From Candidatus Deferrimicrobiaceae bacterium (GTDB taxonomy: Bacteria > Desulfobacterota > Deferrimicrobia > Deferrimicrobiales > Deferrimicrobiaceae), in NCBI GenBank assembly GCA_963792415.1, contig CAWBVY010000006.1:128001-192000 (forward strand): DNA of 64,000 bases, read 5' to 3'. The translations under genes and the position numbers were made by a program. Under the pieces are notes generated by a model, which saw only the letters and a program-made list of their open reading frames with translations, was not told where the DNA came from and did not search any database. Of the stretch, positions 32,371 through 48,056 are shown in pieces. The number at the start of each line of letters is the position of its first letter. The first letter of the stretch is position 1.

Positions 32371-35300
32371 CTACCGTCCCTCCTCCTCGTCTCTTGGATA
32401 CTCCGGCTCCGGTTCCGGCATGGGCGGAGCCTCCACAATGAGCGGCGCGTCGGAATCGAAATCCATGGCTTTGTACGCAGCGGCGCCCGTCCCCCCGGGG
32501 ATGAGGCGGCCCATGATCACGTTTTCCTTCAGGCCGGCGAGGTAATCCACTCGTCCGTGTACCGAAGCGTCCGTGAGGATCTTCGTCGTCTCCTGGAAGG
32601 AGGCGGCGGAGATCCACGACTCCGTCGAAAGCGAGGCCTTCGTGATCCCGAGAAGGAGCGGTTCCGCGGTGGCGGGCTTTCCTCCCGCCTGTTTCACCAC
32701 CCGCTCGTTCTCCTCCCGGAAGATCCATTTCTCGACACTTTGCCCCACGAGGAACGAGGTGTCCCCGGGATCCGATATCTTGACGCGCCGAAGCATCTGG
32801 CGGACGATCGTCTCGATGTGCTTGTCGTTGATCCGGACACCCTGGAGCCGGTACACCTCCTGGATTTCGTTGACGAGGAACCGGGCGAGTTCCTTGTCCC
32901 CGAGGACCCGAAGGATATCGTGGGGATTGGGCGAACCGTCCATGAGGGCCTCTCCCGCCCGGATCCGCTCCCCGTCGTGGACCGTGATGTGCTTGCCCCG
33001 GGGGATCGTGTACTCCCGGGGGGCGCCGACTTCCGGCACCACCTGGATCTTGCGCTTCCCCTTGAAATCCTTCCCCATCTGCACGATGCCGTCGATCTCG
33101 GAGATGAGCGCGTACTCTTTCGGCTTGCGCGCCTCGAAGAGTTCGGCGACGCGGGGAAGACCGCCGGTGATGTCCTTGGTCTTGGTCGTCTCGCGCGGGA
33201 TCTTGGCGATGATGTCGCCCGCCTGGACCTTCTGGCCCTCGTCGACCAGGATGTTGGAGCCACTCGGAAGAAGGTACCGGGCCTCGCTCGAGGTGCCGGG
33301 GAGCTTGCGGGTCGTCCGGCCGCCCACTTCCTTCAGGGAGATGCGGGGGCGAACCTCGGGATCCTTCGACTCGATGATGACGCGCGTGGAACGCCCCGTC
33401 ACCTCGTCGACCTGCTCGCGCATCGTAACGTTCTCGATGATGTCCCCGAACTTGATCTCGCCGTCCACCTCGGTGAGGATCGGGATGTTGTACGGATCCC
33501 ATTCCGCCAGCCGGGTCCCGTCCTTTACCTTCTCTCCATCCGCGACCATCAGGACTGCGCCGTACGGGATCTGGTACTTCTCCCGCTCGCGGTTGTTCTC
33601 GTCGAGCAGGACGAGGTAGCCGTTCCGGTTCATCGCGACGAGGTGCTTTTCGCGATTCTGGACGGCGACGATCCCCTGGAACTTGATGCGTCCCGACTGC
33701 TTGGACTGATGGGAGCTCTGCGCGATCGATCCGGCCGTCGCTATACCGCCGATGTGGAAGGTCCGCATCGTCAGCTGCGTCCCGGGCTCGCCGATGGACT
33801 GCGCGGAGATGATCCCCACCGCCTCGCCGATCGCCACCATCTTCCCGCGCGCCAGGTCGCGCCCGTAACAGAGGGCGCACACTCCCCGCTTGCTCTCGCA
33901 GGTGAGGGCAGATCGGATCTTCACCTCGTCCAGCCCGGACATCTCGATCTGGCGGGCGACCTCCTCGTTGATTTCCCGGTTCCCGGCGACGAGGAGTTTT
34001 CCCTCCAGGTCGTACAGATCCTCGAGGGCGGCGCGGCCGAGGATCCGGTCCGACAGGCGATCGATGATCTCCCCGCCTTCGATCAGCGCGCGAACCCCGA
34101 TCCCGTCGAGGGTCTGGCAATCCTCCTCGACGACAATGCAGTCCTGCGCCACGTCGACCAGCCGGCGGGTCAGGTATCCGGAGTTCGCGGTCTTCAACGC
34201 GGTGTCCGCCAATCCCTTCCGCGCGCCGTGGGTCGAGATGAAGTATTCGCCCACGGACAGTCCCTCGCGGAAGTTCGACCGGATCGGCGTCTCGATGATC
34301 TCTCCGGAGGGCTTGGCCATCAGGCCGCGCATGCCGGCCAGCTGCATCATCTGCTTGTCGGATCCGCGGGCGCCGGAGTCGGCCATCATGTAGATCGGGT
34401 TGAAGCTGATGACCTTCTTGTCCTTGCCGTCCTTCGCCTTGACGGTCTCGGTCCCCATCTCCTTGATCATTTCCCTGGCGACCTTTTCCGTCGCTGCCGA
34501 CCAGATGTCGACGACCTTGTTGTACCGTTCGCCCGGGGTGATCAACCCCTCGACGTGCTCGTTGATGACCTTCTCGAGACTGACCGACGCGCGGTCCAGG
34601 ATCGCCTTCTTGCTGGACGGGATGACCATGTCGTCGATGCAGATCGATATCCCGGAAATCGTCGCGTACCGGAACCCCTCGTTCTTCAGCTGGTCGGCAA
34701 GGATGACCGTGGCCTTCTGTCCGCAGTTCCGGTACGTGATGTCGATCAACTCGGCGAGATCCTTCTTCTTCATCACCTTGTTGACGTACTCGAAGGGCAC
34801 CTCGTCCGGGACGACCTCGTAGAGAAGCACGCGGCCGGTGGTCGTTTCGACCATCTTGCCTTCGATGCGCACGTGGATCGCCGCCTGGAGCCCCACGGCG
34901 CCGCCGTCGTAGGCGATGCGGACCTCTTCGAGGCCGGAGAACTTCTTCCCTTCTCCGATCTGCCCGTCGCGCTGCCGCGTCAGGTAGTAGATCCCCAGCA
35001 CGATGTCCTGGGAAGGTCCGATGACGGGCTTCCCGTGCGCCGGGGAGAGGATGTTGTTGGTCGACATCATGAGGACGCGCGCCTCCATCTGCGCCTCGAT
35101 GGAGAGCGGGACGTGGACCGCCATCTGGTCCCCGTCGAAGTCGGCGTTGAAGGCGAAGCAGACCAGCGGATGAAGCTGGATCGCCTTCCCCTCGATCAGC
35201 ACCGGCTCGAAGGCCTGCACGCCGAGACGGTGCAGCGTCGGCGCCCGGTTCAGCATGACGGGAAGCTGGCGTATGACCTCGTCGAGGGCGTCCCAGACCT

Positions 35301-36561
35301 CCCGCTTCTCCTTCTCCACCATCTTTTTCGCCTGCTTGATGGTGGTCGCGAACCCGGCCTCCTCGAGCTTGTTGAAGATGAACGGCTTGAACAACTCGAG
35401 CGCCATCTTCTTGGGAAGACCGCACTGGTGAAGCTTCAGCTCCGGCCCCACGACGATCACGGAGCGGCCCGAATAGTCGACGCGCTTTCCGAGGAGGTTC
35501 TGGCGGAACCGTCCGCCCTTCCCCTTCAGCATGTCCGACAGCGACTTGAGGGGGCGCTTGTTCGATCCCGTGATGAGCTTTCCCCGGCGGCCGTTGTCGA
35601 AGAGGGCGTCCACGGCCTCCTGCAGCATCCGCTTTTCGTTCCGGATGATGATCTCGGGCGCGGACAGGTCGAGGAGGCGCTTCAGCCGGTTGTTCCGGTT
35701 GATGACGCGCCGGTACAGGTCGTTCAGGTCCGAGGTGGCGAACCGCCCGCCGTCCAGCGGGACCAGGGGCCGAAGATCCGGCGGCAGCACCGGGATGACC
35801 TGCTGTACCATCCACTCGGGCTTCTGCTCGCTGTCCCGGAACGCCTCGACGATCTTCAGCCTCTTGGAGATCTTCTTCTTCTTCGCCTCGGACGCGGTGT
35901 CGCCCATCTCCTTGCGCAGCGCCTCGGAGAGCTTCTCCAGGTCCAGCCCGGACAGCAGCGTCCGGATCGCCTCCGCGCCCATTCCCACGCGGAACCGCTC
36001 GCGGAGGAGTTCCCGCTTCTCCTTGTCCCCCTTGAAGAGCTCGCGGTACTCCTCGAACTTCTCGCGGTACTTCCCCTCCGTGAGAACCTCCTGCGGCTGC
36101 GTGTCGGTCTCCCAGGGATCCAGGACGATGTACTTCTCGAAATAGATGACCGCCTCGACGTCCTTCATCGGCATGTCGAGGATCGTCGCGATCCGGGACG
36201 GGAGGCTCTTCAGGAACCAGATGTGCGCTACCGGGGAGGCCAGCTCGATGTGGCCCATCCGTTCGCGGCGGACCTTCGACTGGATGACCTCTACGCCGCA
36301 CTTCTCGCAGACGATTCCACGGTGCTTCATCCGCTTGTACTTCCCGCAGTTGCACTCGTAGTCCTTGATGGGACCGAAGATTTTCGCGCAGAACAGGCCG
36401 TCGCGCTCGGGCTTGAAGGTCCGGTAGTTCAGGGTCTCCGGCTTCTTCACCTCCCCGTGCGACCATTTGCGGATCTGCTCGGGGGATGCGATCGAGATCC
36501 GGATTCCCGAAAAATGGACAGGATCCTTCGGTTTTTCAACGCGGGTAAAAAGGTCTTCCAC
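32371..36561 (-). CDS. rpoC: RNA polymerase beta' subunit
   Basis: NADFDGD catalytic motif, N-terminal Zn finger, QLTMRTFH. Confidence 0.99.
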   Translation of the reverse strand: MEDLFTRVEKPKDPVHFSGIRISIASPEQIRKWSHGEVKKPETLNYRTFKPERDGLFCAKIFGPIKDYECNCGKYKRMKHRGIVCEKCGVEVIQSKVRRERMGHIELASPVAHIWFLKSLPSRIATILDMPMKDVEAVIYFEKYIVLDPWETDTQPQEVLTEGKYREKFEEYRELFKGDKEKRELLRERFRVGMGAEAIRTLLSGLDLEKLSEALRKEMGDTASEAKKKKISKRLKIVEAFRDSEQKPEWMVQQVIPVLPPDLRPLVPLDGGRFATSDLNDLYRRVINRNNRLKRLLDLSAPEIIIRNEKRMLQEAVDALFDNGRRGKLITGSNKRPLKSLSDMLKGKGGRFRQNLLGKRVDYSGRSVIVVGPELKLHQCGLPKKMALELFKPFIFNKLEEAGFATTIKQAKKMVEKEKREVWDALDEVIRQLPVMLNRAPTLHRLGVQAFEPVLIEGKAIQLHPLVCFAFNADFDGDQMAVHVPLSIEAQMEARVLMMSTNNILSPAHGKPVIGPSQDIVLGIYYLTRQRDGQIGEGKKFSGLEEVRIAYDGGAVGLQAAIHVRIEGKMVETTTGRVLLYEVVPDEVPFEYVNKVMKKKDLAELIDITYRNCGQKATVILADQLKNEGFRYATISGISICIDDMVIPSSKKAILDRASVSLEKVINEHVEGLITPGERYNKVVDIWSAATEKVAREMIKEMGTETVKAKDGKDKKVISFNPIYMMADSGARGSDKQMMQLAGMRGLMAKPSGEIIETPIRSNFREGLSVGEYFISTHGARKGLADTALKTANSGYLTRRLVDVAQDCIVVEEDCQTLDGIGVRALIEGGEIIDRLSDRILGRAALEDLYDLEGKLLVAGNREINEEVARQIEMSGLDEVKIRSALTCESKRGVCALCYGRDLARGKMVAIGEAVGIISAQSIGEPGTQLTMRTFHIGGIATAGSIAQSSHQSKQSGRIKFQGIVAVQNREKHLVAMNRNGYLVLLDENNREREKYQIPYGAVLMVADGEKVKDGTRLAEWDPYNIPILTEVDGEIKFGDIIENVTMREQVDEVTGRSTRVIIESKDPEVRPRISLKEVGGRTTRKLPGTSSEARYLLPSGSNILVDEGQKVQAGDIIAKIPRETTKTKDITGGLPRVAELFEARKPKEYALISEIDGIVQMGKDFKGKRKIQVVPEVGAPREYTIPRGKHITVHDGERIRAGEALMDGSPNPHDILRVLGDKELARFLVNEIQEVYRLQGVRINDKHIETIVRQMLRRVKISDPGDTSFLVGQSVEKWIFREENERVVKQAGGKPATAEPLLLGITKASLSTESWISAASFQETTKILTDASVHGRVDYLAGLKENVIMGRLIPGGTGAAAYKAMDFDSDAPLIVEAPPMPEPEPEYPRDEEEGR

Positions 36562-36602
36562 GGGTGCCTCCCGGTTACGTTTCCGTTACGGTTTGCTGCC
36601 GG

Positions 36603-40724
<4,122 letters not shown>

Positions 40725-40753
40725 CGTGTCACCCCGGGGATAAAACCTTGAAT

Positions 40754-40781
40754 GCGGCGGGGGACGGTAGTCCCCCGCCGC
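40754..40781 (-). terminator. Strong hairpin between rplL and rpoB (possible attenuator or processing site)
   Basis: Perfect 12-bp stem GCGGCGGGGGAC/GTCCCCCGCCGC with 4-nt loop; weak U-tract. Confidence 0.5.
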
Positions 40782-40805
40782 GGTTGCCGACGCCGATGAA
40801 AGCGG

Positions 40806-41183
40806 TTACTTGATATCCGCGGTTCCGCCGGCCTCCTCGATCTTCTTCTTCATCCCCTCGGCGTCCTTCTTGGCGATCGCTTCCTTGACCGGCTTGGGAA
40901 CGCCCTCCACAAGATCCTTTGCCTCCTTGAGGCCGAGGCCGGTGAGTTCGCGGACCACCTTGATCACCTGGATCTTGTTGGCGCCGAAACCGGTGAGGAT
41001 CACGTCGAACTCCGTCTTCTCCTCCACCACCGGGGCGGCCGCACCGGGCGCCGCGGCGGCCGCGGCGGGAGCCGCCGCCGTCACGCCGAACCGTTCCTCG
41101 AGCGCCTTCACGATCTCGTGCAGCTCGAGAACGGTCATCCCCTCGACCATTGCGATGAATTCATCCTTGTTCATGGAAGCCAT
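40806..41183 (-). CDS. rplL: 50S ribosomal protein L7/L12
   Basis: [20 protein letters not shown]. Confidence 0.98.
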   Translation of the reverse strand: MASMNKDEFIAMVEGMTVLELHEIVKALEERFGVTAAAPAAAAAAPGAAAPVVEEKTEFDVILTGFGANKIQVIKVVRELTGLGLKEAKDLVEGVPKPVKEAIAKKDAEGMKKKIEEAGGTADIK

Positions 41184-41229
41184 TTCGTTCGATCCTCCCT
41201 ATGGGTTTTGTGTTTTTGTCGGTTCGGGT

Positions 41230-41763
41230 TCAGCCTGCGACCGCTTCCGCGGGCTTCTGTTTGCGGATGGATTCGAGGACGTACACCAGTTTGCGAGGCG
41301 GCCCCGAGAAGGCCTGGGCCAGGCGGGTGATCGGCGAAGCCAGCCCGCCGACCAGACGCGAGAGCAGAACCTCGCGGGAAGGTACGCTCGCGAGGGTTTC
41401 GACATCCTTCGCGGAGAGAACCCTCCCCTCAACGAACCCCGCGCGCAGCGTCACCTTGGGACTGGCGGCCGCGAACTCCTTCATCACCTTCGCCATCGCG
41501 ACGGGATCGCCATGCGCAAACGCCACCGCCGTCGGCCCCGAAAAATGCTCCGAGAGCCCCTCGAACGGCGTCCCCTCGGCGGCCCGCAGGATCAAGGTGT
41601 TCTTCACCACCCTGATCTCGGCGTCGATCGCGCGAAGCTTCTTTCGGAGAGCCGTGATCTCCAGGACCTTCAGCCCCCGGTATTCCGCGACCACGGTCCC
41701 GCGCTGCGCCGCGATGGCGGCCTTCAACGCCTCGACCGTTTCTGCCTTTCCGATTTTATTCAC
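41230..41763 (-). CDS. rplJ: 50S ribosomal protein L10
   Basis: YRGL, VVKNTL, GPTAVAF. Confidence 0.97.
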   Translation of the reverse strand: MNKIGKAETVEALKAAIAAQRGTVVAEYRGLKVLEITALRKKLRAIDAEIRVVKNTLILRAAEGTPFEGLSEHFSGPTAVAFAHGDPVAMAKVMKEFAAASPKVTLRAGFVEGRVLSAKDVETLASVPSREVLLSRLVGGLASPITRLAQAFSGPPRKLVYVLESIRKQKPAEAVAG

Positions 41764-41869
41764 CGCGTCCGTTTCCCCCTTTCCCTTTCGAAAGTTTTGG
41801 ACCCTATGACGAAACCCCCGTCAAAGGAAGAGGGCGCGGCGCGAAAGGATGGCATCCCGTCCGACCGGC

Positions 41870-41955
41870 TCCCCTTGTCTGCGCGGGACGGGCGAAGGAG
41901 CGTTCCCTTCGACCCCCTTGGTCGCCTTGCGGCGAACCCGCGGTCTTTGGCAAAG
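41870..41955 (-). promoter_or_regulatory. L10 leader (autogenous control RNA)
   Basis: Minus strand GCCAAAGACCGCGGG...CCCGCGCAGAC in the rplA-rplJ spacer, resembling the conserved AGAC...GCGCAGAC L10-leader core. Confidence 0.65.
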
Positions 41956-41982
41956 GAAGTTTCCCGTGCGTGCAAAGAGCGG

Positions 41983-42684
41983 TCACTTCTCCGTCAGCAG
42001 TGCGTTGAAATTCATCCGGATCCCGGGCCCCATCGTCGTGGAGAGCGACAGGCTGCGGATATACGCCCCCTTGGCCCCCGACGGCTTCGCCTTCACGATC
42101 GCCTCGAAGAAGGCCATGAAGTTCTCCCGGAGCTTCTCTTTCCCGAAGCTTGCCTTCCCGATGCCGGCGTGGAGCGTGGCGGTCTTGTCGACGCGGAACT
42201 CGACCTTCCCGCCCTTCAGTTCCCGGACGGCCCTCGCGACGTCGAAGGTGACGGTCCCGACCTTCGGGTTCGGCATCAGCCCGCGCGGCCCGAGAAGCTT
42301 CCCGATCCGGCCGACCCCTCCCATCATGTCCGGCGTGGCGACCGCCTTGTCGAAATCGAGCCACCCGCCCTGGATCTTCGCCAGCAGATCGTCGCTGCCT
42401 GCGAAGTCGGCACCGGCGTCCTCCGCCTCCTTCACCTTTTCGCCCTTGGCGAACACGAGGACGCGCACGCTCTTTCCCGTCCCGTGGGGGAGCACCACCG
42501 AGCCCCGGACCTGCTGGTCCGGGTATTTCGGATCGACCCCCAGCCGCATCGCGACCTCCACCGTCTCGTCGAATTTCGCCCGGGCCGTCTCCTTCAGAAG
42601 GTCCAGTGATTCGTCGAGAGAGTACTTTGCCTCCCTGTTCACCTTGCCCCTTGCTTCCAGGTATTTTTTCCCTTGCCGCGGCAT
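41983..42684 (-). CDS. rplA: 50S ribosomal protein L1
   Basis: [25 protein letters not shown]. Confidence 0.98.
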   Translation of the reverse strand: MPRQGKKYLEARGKVNREAKYSLDESLDLLKETARAKFDETVEVAMRLGVDPKYPDQQVRGSVVLPHGTGKSVRVLVFAKGEKVKEAEDAGADFAGSDDLLAKIQGGWLDFDKAVATPDMMGGVGRIGKLLGPRGLMPNPKVGTVTFDVARAVRELKGGKVEFRVDKTATLHAGIGKASFGKEKLRENFMAFFEAIVKAKPSGAKGAYIRSLSLSTTMGPGIRMNFNALLTEK

Positions 42685-42749
42685 TTCCCCCTCCCTTCCC
42701 GCCCCGCAAAAAACCCCGGGGGCGACTTCATTGTTGAAATTCGCACCCG

Positions 42750-43172
42750 TCAGACGACGTCGAGCCCCATGCTGCGCGCCGTCCCCTCGACCGTCTTCAC
42801 GGCGGCGGCGAGGTCCTTCACGTCGAGGTCGACCAGCTTCAGCTTCGCGATCTCCACGACCTTGTCGCGCGAGACCTTTCCGCACTTTTCCTTTTTCGGG
42901 GTCTTGCTCCCCTTCTCGAGCCCCGCGGCCTTGAGCAGCAGGACCGACGCCGGCGGGGTCTTTGTGATGAAGGTGAACGAGCGGTCCGCGAACACGGTGA
43001 TCACCACGGGGATGACCATCCCCTCCTGGGACGCCGTCTTCGCATTGAACGCCTTGCAGAACTCCATGATGTTCACGCCGTGCTGCCCGAGGGCGGGACC
43101 CACGGGGGGCGACGGGTTCGCCTTCCCGGCCACGATCTGCAGCTTGATCTGAGCAACGACCTTTTTCGCCAT
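42750..43172 (-). CDS. rplK: 50S ribosomal protein L11
   Basis: [18 protein letters not shown]. Confidence 0.99.
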   Translation of the reverse strand: MAKKVVAQIKLQIVAGKANPSPPVGPALGQHGVNIMEFCKAFNAKTASQEGMVIPVVITVFADRSFTFITKTPPASVLLLKAAGLEKGSKTPKKEKCGKVSRDKVVEIAKLKLVDLDVKDLAAAVKTVEGTARSMGLDVV

Positions 43173-43203
43173 GGCTTCTCCTTTTCCCTTTCCCTGTTCC
43201 CTG

Positions 43204-43731
43204 CTACGCCTTTTCTACCTGCGTGAAATCGAGCTCCACCGGGGTAGCGCGTCCGAAGATGGAGACGAGGACGACAACCTTCCCCTTGTCGGGCTTGACG
43301 CTGTCCACGACGCCGGTGAAGGTCGCGAAGGGGCCGTCGATCACGCGGACGTTCTCCCCCTCCGTGAAGGTGATCTTCGGCTTCGGCTTCAGGCGGCCCT
43401 CGACCATCTGGGACTTGATGTCCTCGACGTCGGGCTCGGGGATGGGAGCCGGGTGCTGGCCTCCGACGAAACCGGTGACCTTCGGGGTGTGCCGCACGAG
43501 GTGCCAGGTCTCCTCGTCGAGGTCCATGTTCACGAGAAGGTATCCGGGGAAGAAGGAGCGTGTCCCGGTCTTCTTCTTCCCGTTTTTCATCTCCACGACC
43601 GTCTCGGCCGGGATCAGGACATCGCCGAAGCGTTCCTGCATCCCTTCCGTGGCGATCCGGTTCAGCAGGGATTCCCTGACCTTCTTCTCATACCCTGAAT
43701 AGGTATGAACGACGAACCACTGTTTCGTCAT
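43204..43731 (-). CDS. nusG: Transcription factor NusG
   Basis: [19 protein letters not shown] domain [10 protein letters not shown]. Confidence 0.98.
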   Translation of the reverse strand: MTKQWFVVHTYSGYEKKVRESLLNRIATEGMQERFGDVLIPAETVVEMKNGKKKTGTRSFFPGYLLVNMDLDEETWHLVRHTPKVTGFVGGQHPAPIPEPDVEDIKSQMVEGRLKPKPKITFTEGENVRVIDGPFATFTGVVDSVKPDKGKVVVLVSIFGRATPVELDFTQVEKA

Positions 43732-43748
43732 CGTTTCCTCTTGGGGTT

Positions 43749-44030
43749 TCAGAAGCTCAGGATCGACTGGGTGATTCGTCCGAGGGCGAAGTCCACCAGA
43801 CCAAGAAACGCCACGATGATGAGGACGGTCACGATGACCACGGCCGTGGAGGAGACAGTTTCCTTCCGCCCCGGCCAGGTGACCTTCTTCATCTCGGTGA
43901 TCCACTCCCGGTAAAAACCGGTTACCCGCGGGACAAGTGCTGCCGGCGCCGCCGCCCCCCTGCCCTCGTCGGTGGCGGTGCGGGTGCCGGGCAACCGTTC
44001 CATCAACCTGTCCTTGATCGTCTTCGCCAT
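43749..44030 (-). CDS. secE: Preprotein translocase SecE
   Basis: EMKKVTWP followed by a TM segment. Confidence 0.93.
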   Translation of the reverse strand: MAKTIKDRLMERLPGTRTATDEGRGAAAPAALVPRVTGFYREWITEMKKVTWPGRKETVSSTAVVIVTVLIIVAFLGLVDFALGRITQSILSF

Positions 44031-44060
44031 GATCCAAACGCTCCCGTCTTCGGAGAAAAG

Positions 44061-44137
44061 TGGCAGGCCAGGAGGGATTCGAACCCCCAACCCGCGGATT
44101 TGGAGTCCGCTGCTCTAGCCGTTAGAGCTACTGGCCT
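44061..44137 (-). tRNA. tRNA-Trp (CCA)
   Basis: Cloverleaf AGGCCAG/CTGGCCT, anticodon loop CTCCAAA, TTCGAAT T-loop, encoded CCA. Confidence 0.97.
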
Positions 44138-44150
44138 TCGCTCCCCGCCC

Positions 44151-44300
44151 CTACTTGGTCTCCTTGTGCGCCGTGTGCTTGCGGCACGTGGAGCAGAACT
44201 TCTTGAGCTCGAGCTTGTCGGGCGTGGTCTTCTTGTTCTTCGTGGTCGTGTAATTACGGTTCTTGCAATCGACGCACGCCAGCGTGATGATGTCCCGCAT
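44151..44300 (-). CDS. rpmG: 50S ribosomal protein L33
   Basis: Manual translation [49 protein letters not shown]. Confidence 0.97.
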   Translation of the reverse strand: MRDIITLACVDCKNRNYTTTKNKKTTPDKLELKKFCSTCRKHTAHKETK

Positions 44301-44315
44301 CGTCCTTTCCTTCCC

Positions 44316-45515
<1,200 letters not shown>

Positions 45516-45553
45516 GTGTGCGTCTCCTTGAGCAAATGGAGTGTCGGTCGATC

Positions 45554-45629
45554 TGGAGCCCACGAGCAGGATCGAACTGCTGACCTCGTCCTTACCAAGG
45601 ACGCGCTCTGCCTACTGAGCTACGTGGGC
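45554..45629 (-). tRNA. tRNA-Thr (GGT)
   Basis: GCCCACG/CGTGGGC acceptor stem, anticodon loop TTGGTAA, CCA end. Confidence 0.97.
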
Positions 45630-45663
45630 AAAACCATCAAAACGTCCCGAAGCGCCCTGCGTC

Positions 45664-45768
45664 TGCCCTTCTTCGCTCCTCGCGGCAACCACACCACCGA
45701 CGCTCGGAGCTACGAAGGGCATCCTCCGTAGCTGGCTCCCCGCTTCGTACCGCCAGGGAAGGAGGATG
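45664..45768. repeat. Paired palindromic element abutting the tRNA-Gly 3' end
   Basis: TGCCCTTC-TTC-GCTCC...GGAGC-TAC-GAAGGGCA followed by CATCCTCC-GTA-GCTGGC...GCCAGG-GAA-GGAGGATG. Confidence 0.8.
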
Positions 45769-45842
45769 GAGCGGGCGACGGGAATCGAACCCGCGACCAA
45801 CAGCTTGGAAGGCTGTGACTCTGCCAACTGAGTTACGCCCGC
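45767..45842 (-). tRNA. tRNA-Gly (TCC)
   Basis: GCGGGCG acceptor strand, anticodon loop CTTCCAA, CCA end. Confidence 0.97.
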
Positions 45843-45860
45843 ACCTATCGCAAACTTGTA

Positions 45861-45888
45861 ATTATACGCAATTTCCGGCGACAGTCAA
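45861..45888 (-). promoter_or_regulatory. sigma70 promoter upstream of tRNA-Gly
   Basis: TTGACT-N16-TATAAT with upstream A-tracts. Confidence 0.8.
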
Positions 45889-45923
45889 TCGGTTTTACAG
45901 CGTTTTTTTGACCGCCGCAAGTG

Positions 45924-45974
45924 GCCCGACTTCGCCCAACTCCCTGGAAACAATCTCCTCGGGCTACGTCGGGC
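45924..45974. repeat. Palindromic element (TTC/TAC half) distal to the tandem array
   Basis: GCCCGAC-TTC-GCCC...GGGC-TAC-GTCGGGC. Confidence 0.75.
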
Positions 45975-45990
45975 AGCCTTCGCTCGAATG

Positions 45991-46284
45991 GGCTTGCCCA
46001 GCCGTAGCTCGAATGCATAATGGCTGCCTGTACGCTTCCGAGCGAAAACTGGCTTGCCAGCCGTAGCTCGAAAGCATCAGGTTTCACGTACGCTTCCGAG
46101 CGAAAACTGGCTTGCCAGCCGTAGCTCGAAAGCATCAGGTTTCACGTACGCTTCCGAGCGAAAACTGGCTTGCCAGCCGTAGCTCGAAAGCATCAGGTTT
46201 CACGTACGCTTCCGAGCGAAAACTGGCTTGCCAGCCGTAGCTCGAAAGCATCAGGTTTCACGTACGCTTTCGAGCGAAGGCTGG
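45991..46284. repeat. Tandem array of 58-bp hairpin units (5 copies) directly 3' of tRNA-Tyr
   Basis: Unit GGCTTGCCAGCCGTAGCTCGAAAGCATCAGGTTTCACGTACGCTTCCGAGCGAAAACT at 46051, 46109 and 46167; variant at 46225; degenerate copy at 45991. Confidence 0.95.
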
Positions 46285-46367
46285 TGGAGGGGGGAGGATT
46301 CGAACCTCCGTAGGCGTTCGCCAGCAGATTTACAGTCTGCCCCCTTTGGCCGCTCGGGTACCCCTCC
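46282..46367 (-). tRNA. tRNA-Tyr (GTA)
   Basis: GGAGGGG/CCCCTCC acceptor stem, anticodon loop CTGTAAA, long variable arm, CCA end. Confidence 0.97.
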
Positions 46368-46380
46368 ACACATTGTGCGA

Positions 46381-46484
46381 TGCCCTGCTTCGCTCCTCGC
46401 AGCAACCAAAACACCGACGCTTCGGAGCTACGCAGGGCAAACTTCGAAGCCGGCTCCTCTTCTCGCTGCCGGCGAAGTAGTTTG
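46381..46484. repeat. Paired palindromic element abutting the tRNA-Thr(TGT) 3' end
   Basis: TGCCCTGC-TTC-GCTCC...GGAGC-TAC-GCAGGGCA then CAAACTTC-GAA-GCCGGC...GCCGGC-GAA-GTAGTTTG; first half homologous to 45664-45721. Confidence 0.8.
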
Positions 46485-46557
46485 GAGCCGACGAGAGGAA
46501 TCGAACCTCCAACCATCTGATTACAAATCAGACGCTCTACCGTTGAGCTACGTCGGC
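46483..46557 (-). tRNA. tRNA-Thr (TGT)
   Basis: GCCGACG/CGTCGGC acceptor stem, anticodon loop TTTGTAA, CCA end; canonical Thr-Tyr-Gly-Thr-tuf order. Confidence 0.96.
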
Positions 46558-46596
46558 GCGTACCCGTACCGACATCCCGAACCTTGGGATTTGATG

Positions 46597-47345
46597 CTAT
46601 TCGACCGAAGATGTCAACGATTTTCTGATGGAATATGCGATGATCCCCGCCGCGACGGAGACGTTCAGCGACTCGGCCCCGGGGGCCATCGGAATCCGGA
46701 CGGCGCCGTCGCACCGGTCCCGCGCCAGCCTCCGAATCCCCTTCTCCTCGCTCCCGAGGACGATCGCCGTGCGCTTCGCGGGGGTGAACCCGGAAAGATC
46801 CGTCCCCTCCGTCCCTTCGGCCGCGTAGAGCCAGAACCCGGCCTCCTGCAGACGCTCGATGGCCCGGACAAGGTTCGTCACCTGGACCACCGGCACGTGC
46901 GCGGCGGCGCCGGCGGACGCGCGGAAGACCGCGCCGGTCACCGGACACGAGCGGTCGGCGGGAAGAACCACGCCATCGAAGGCGAACGCCCACGCGCTCC
47001 GCACGATCGCGCCGAGGTTCCCGGGGTCGGTGATCCCGTCCAGCAGGAACACCCTCGCCGTCCCGGGCAACGCCGAAACCCACTCCTCCATCCCCGCGTA
47101 AACATACTCCGCGATCTCGGCGGCGATCCCGCCCCCCTCGCGCTCCCCCGTCCGCCGCTCCCACTCCTGCCGGGGACACGTGAGGCACGGCAGCGCGAGC
47201 TCCTTCGCGCGTTTCTCGAATCCGCTCCGCACCTCCTTGGGAACCGCGTCGCTCAGCAGGACCTTCCGGGCCCGCTGCGTCCGCGACGCGAGGAGCTCCT
47301 CGACGGGATGCCGCCCCGTAATCCACATGGAACCGCCGGGATCCT

Positions 47346-47349
<4 letters not shown>
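46597..47349 (-). CDS. rlmB: 23S rRNA (Gm2251) 2'-O-methyltransferase, SpoU/TrmH family
   Basis: LDGITDPGNLGAIVRSA, LGSEEKG, ESLNVSVAAG. Confidence 0.92.

Positions 47350-48052
<703 letters not shown>

Positions 48053-48056
<4 letters not shown>

Noticed and set aside
45991-46284. CRISPR array
   Set aside because: The units repeat in full with no unique spacers (only one has a different loop), and there are no cas genes in the window.
45612-46512. Short ORFs over the tRNA cluster (45612-45827, 45815-46066, 45845-46135, 46330-46512)
   Set aside because: They overlap tRNA genes and repeats; the peptide repeats simply translate the 58-bp array.
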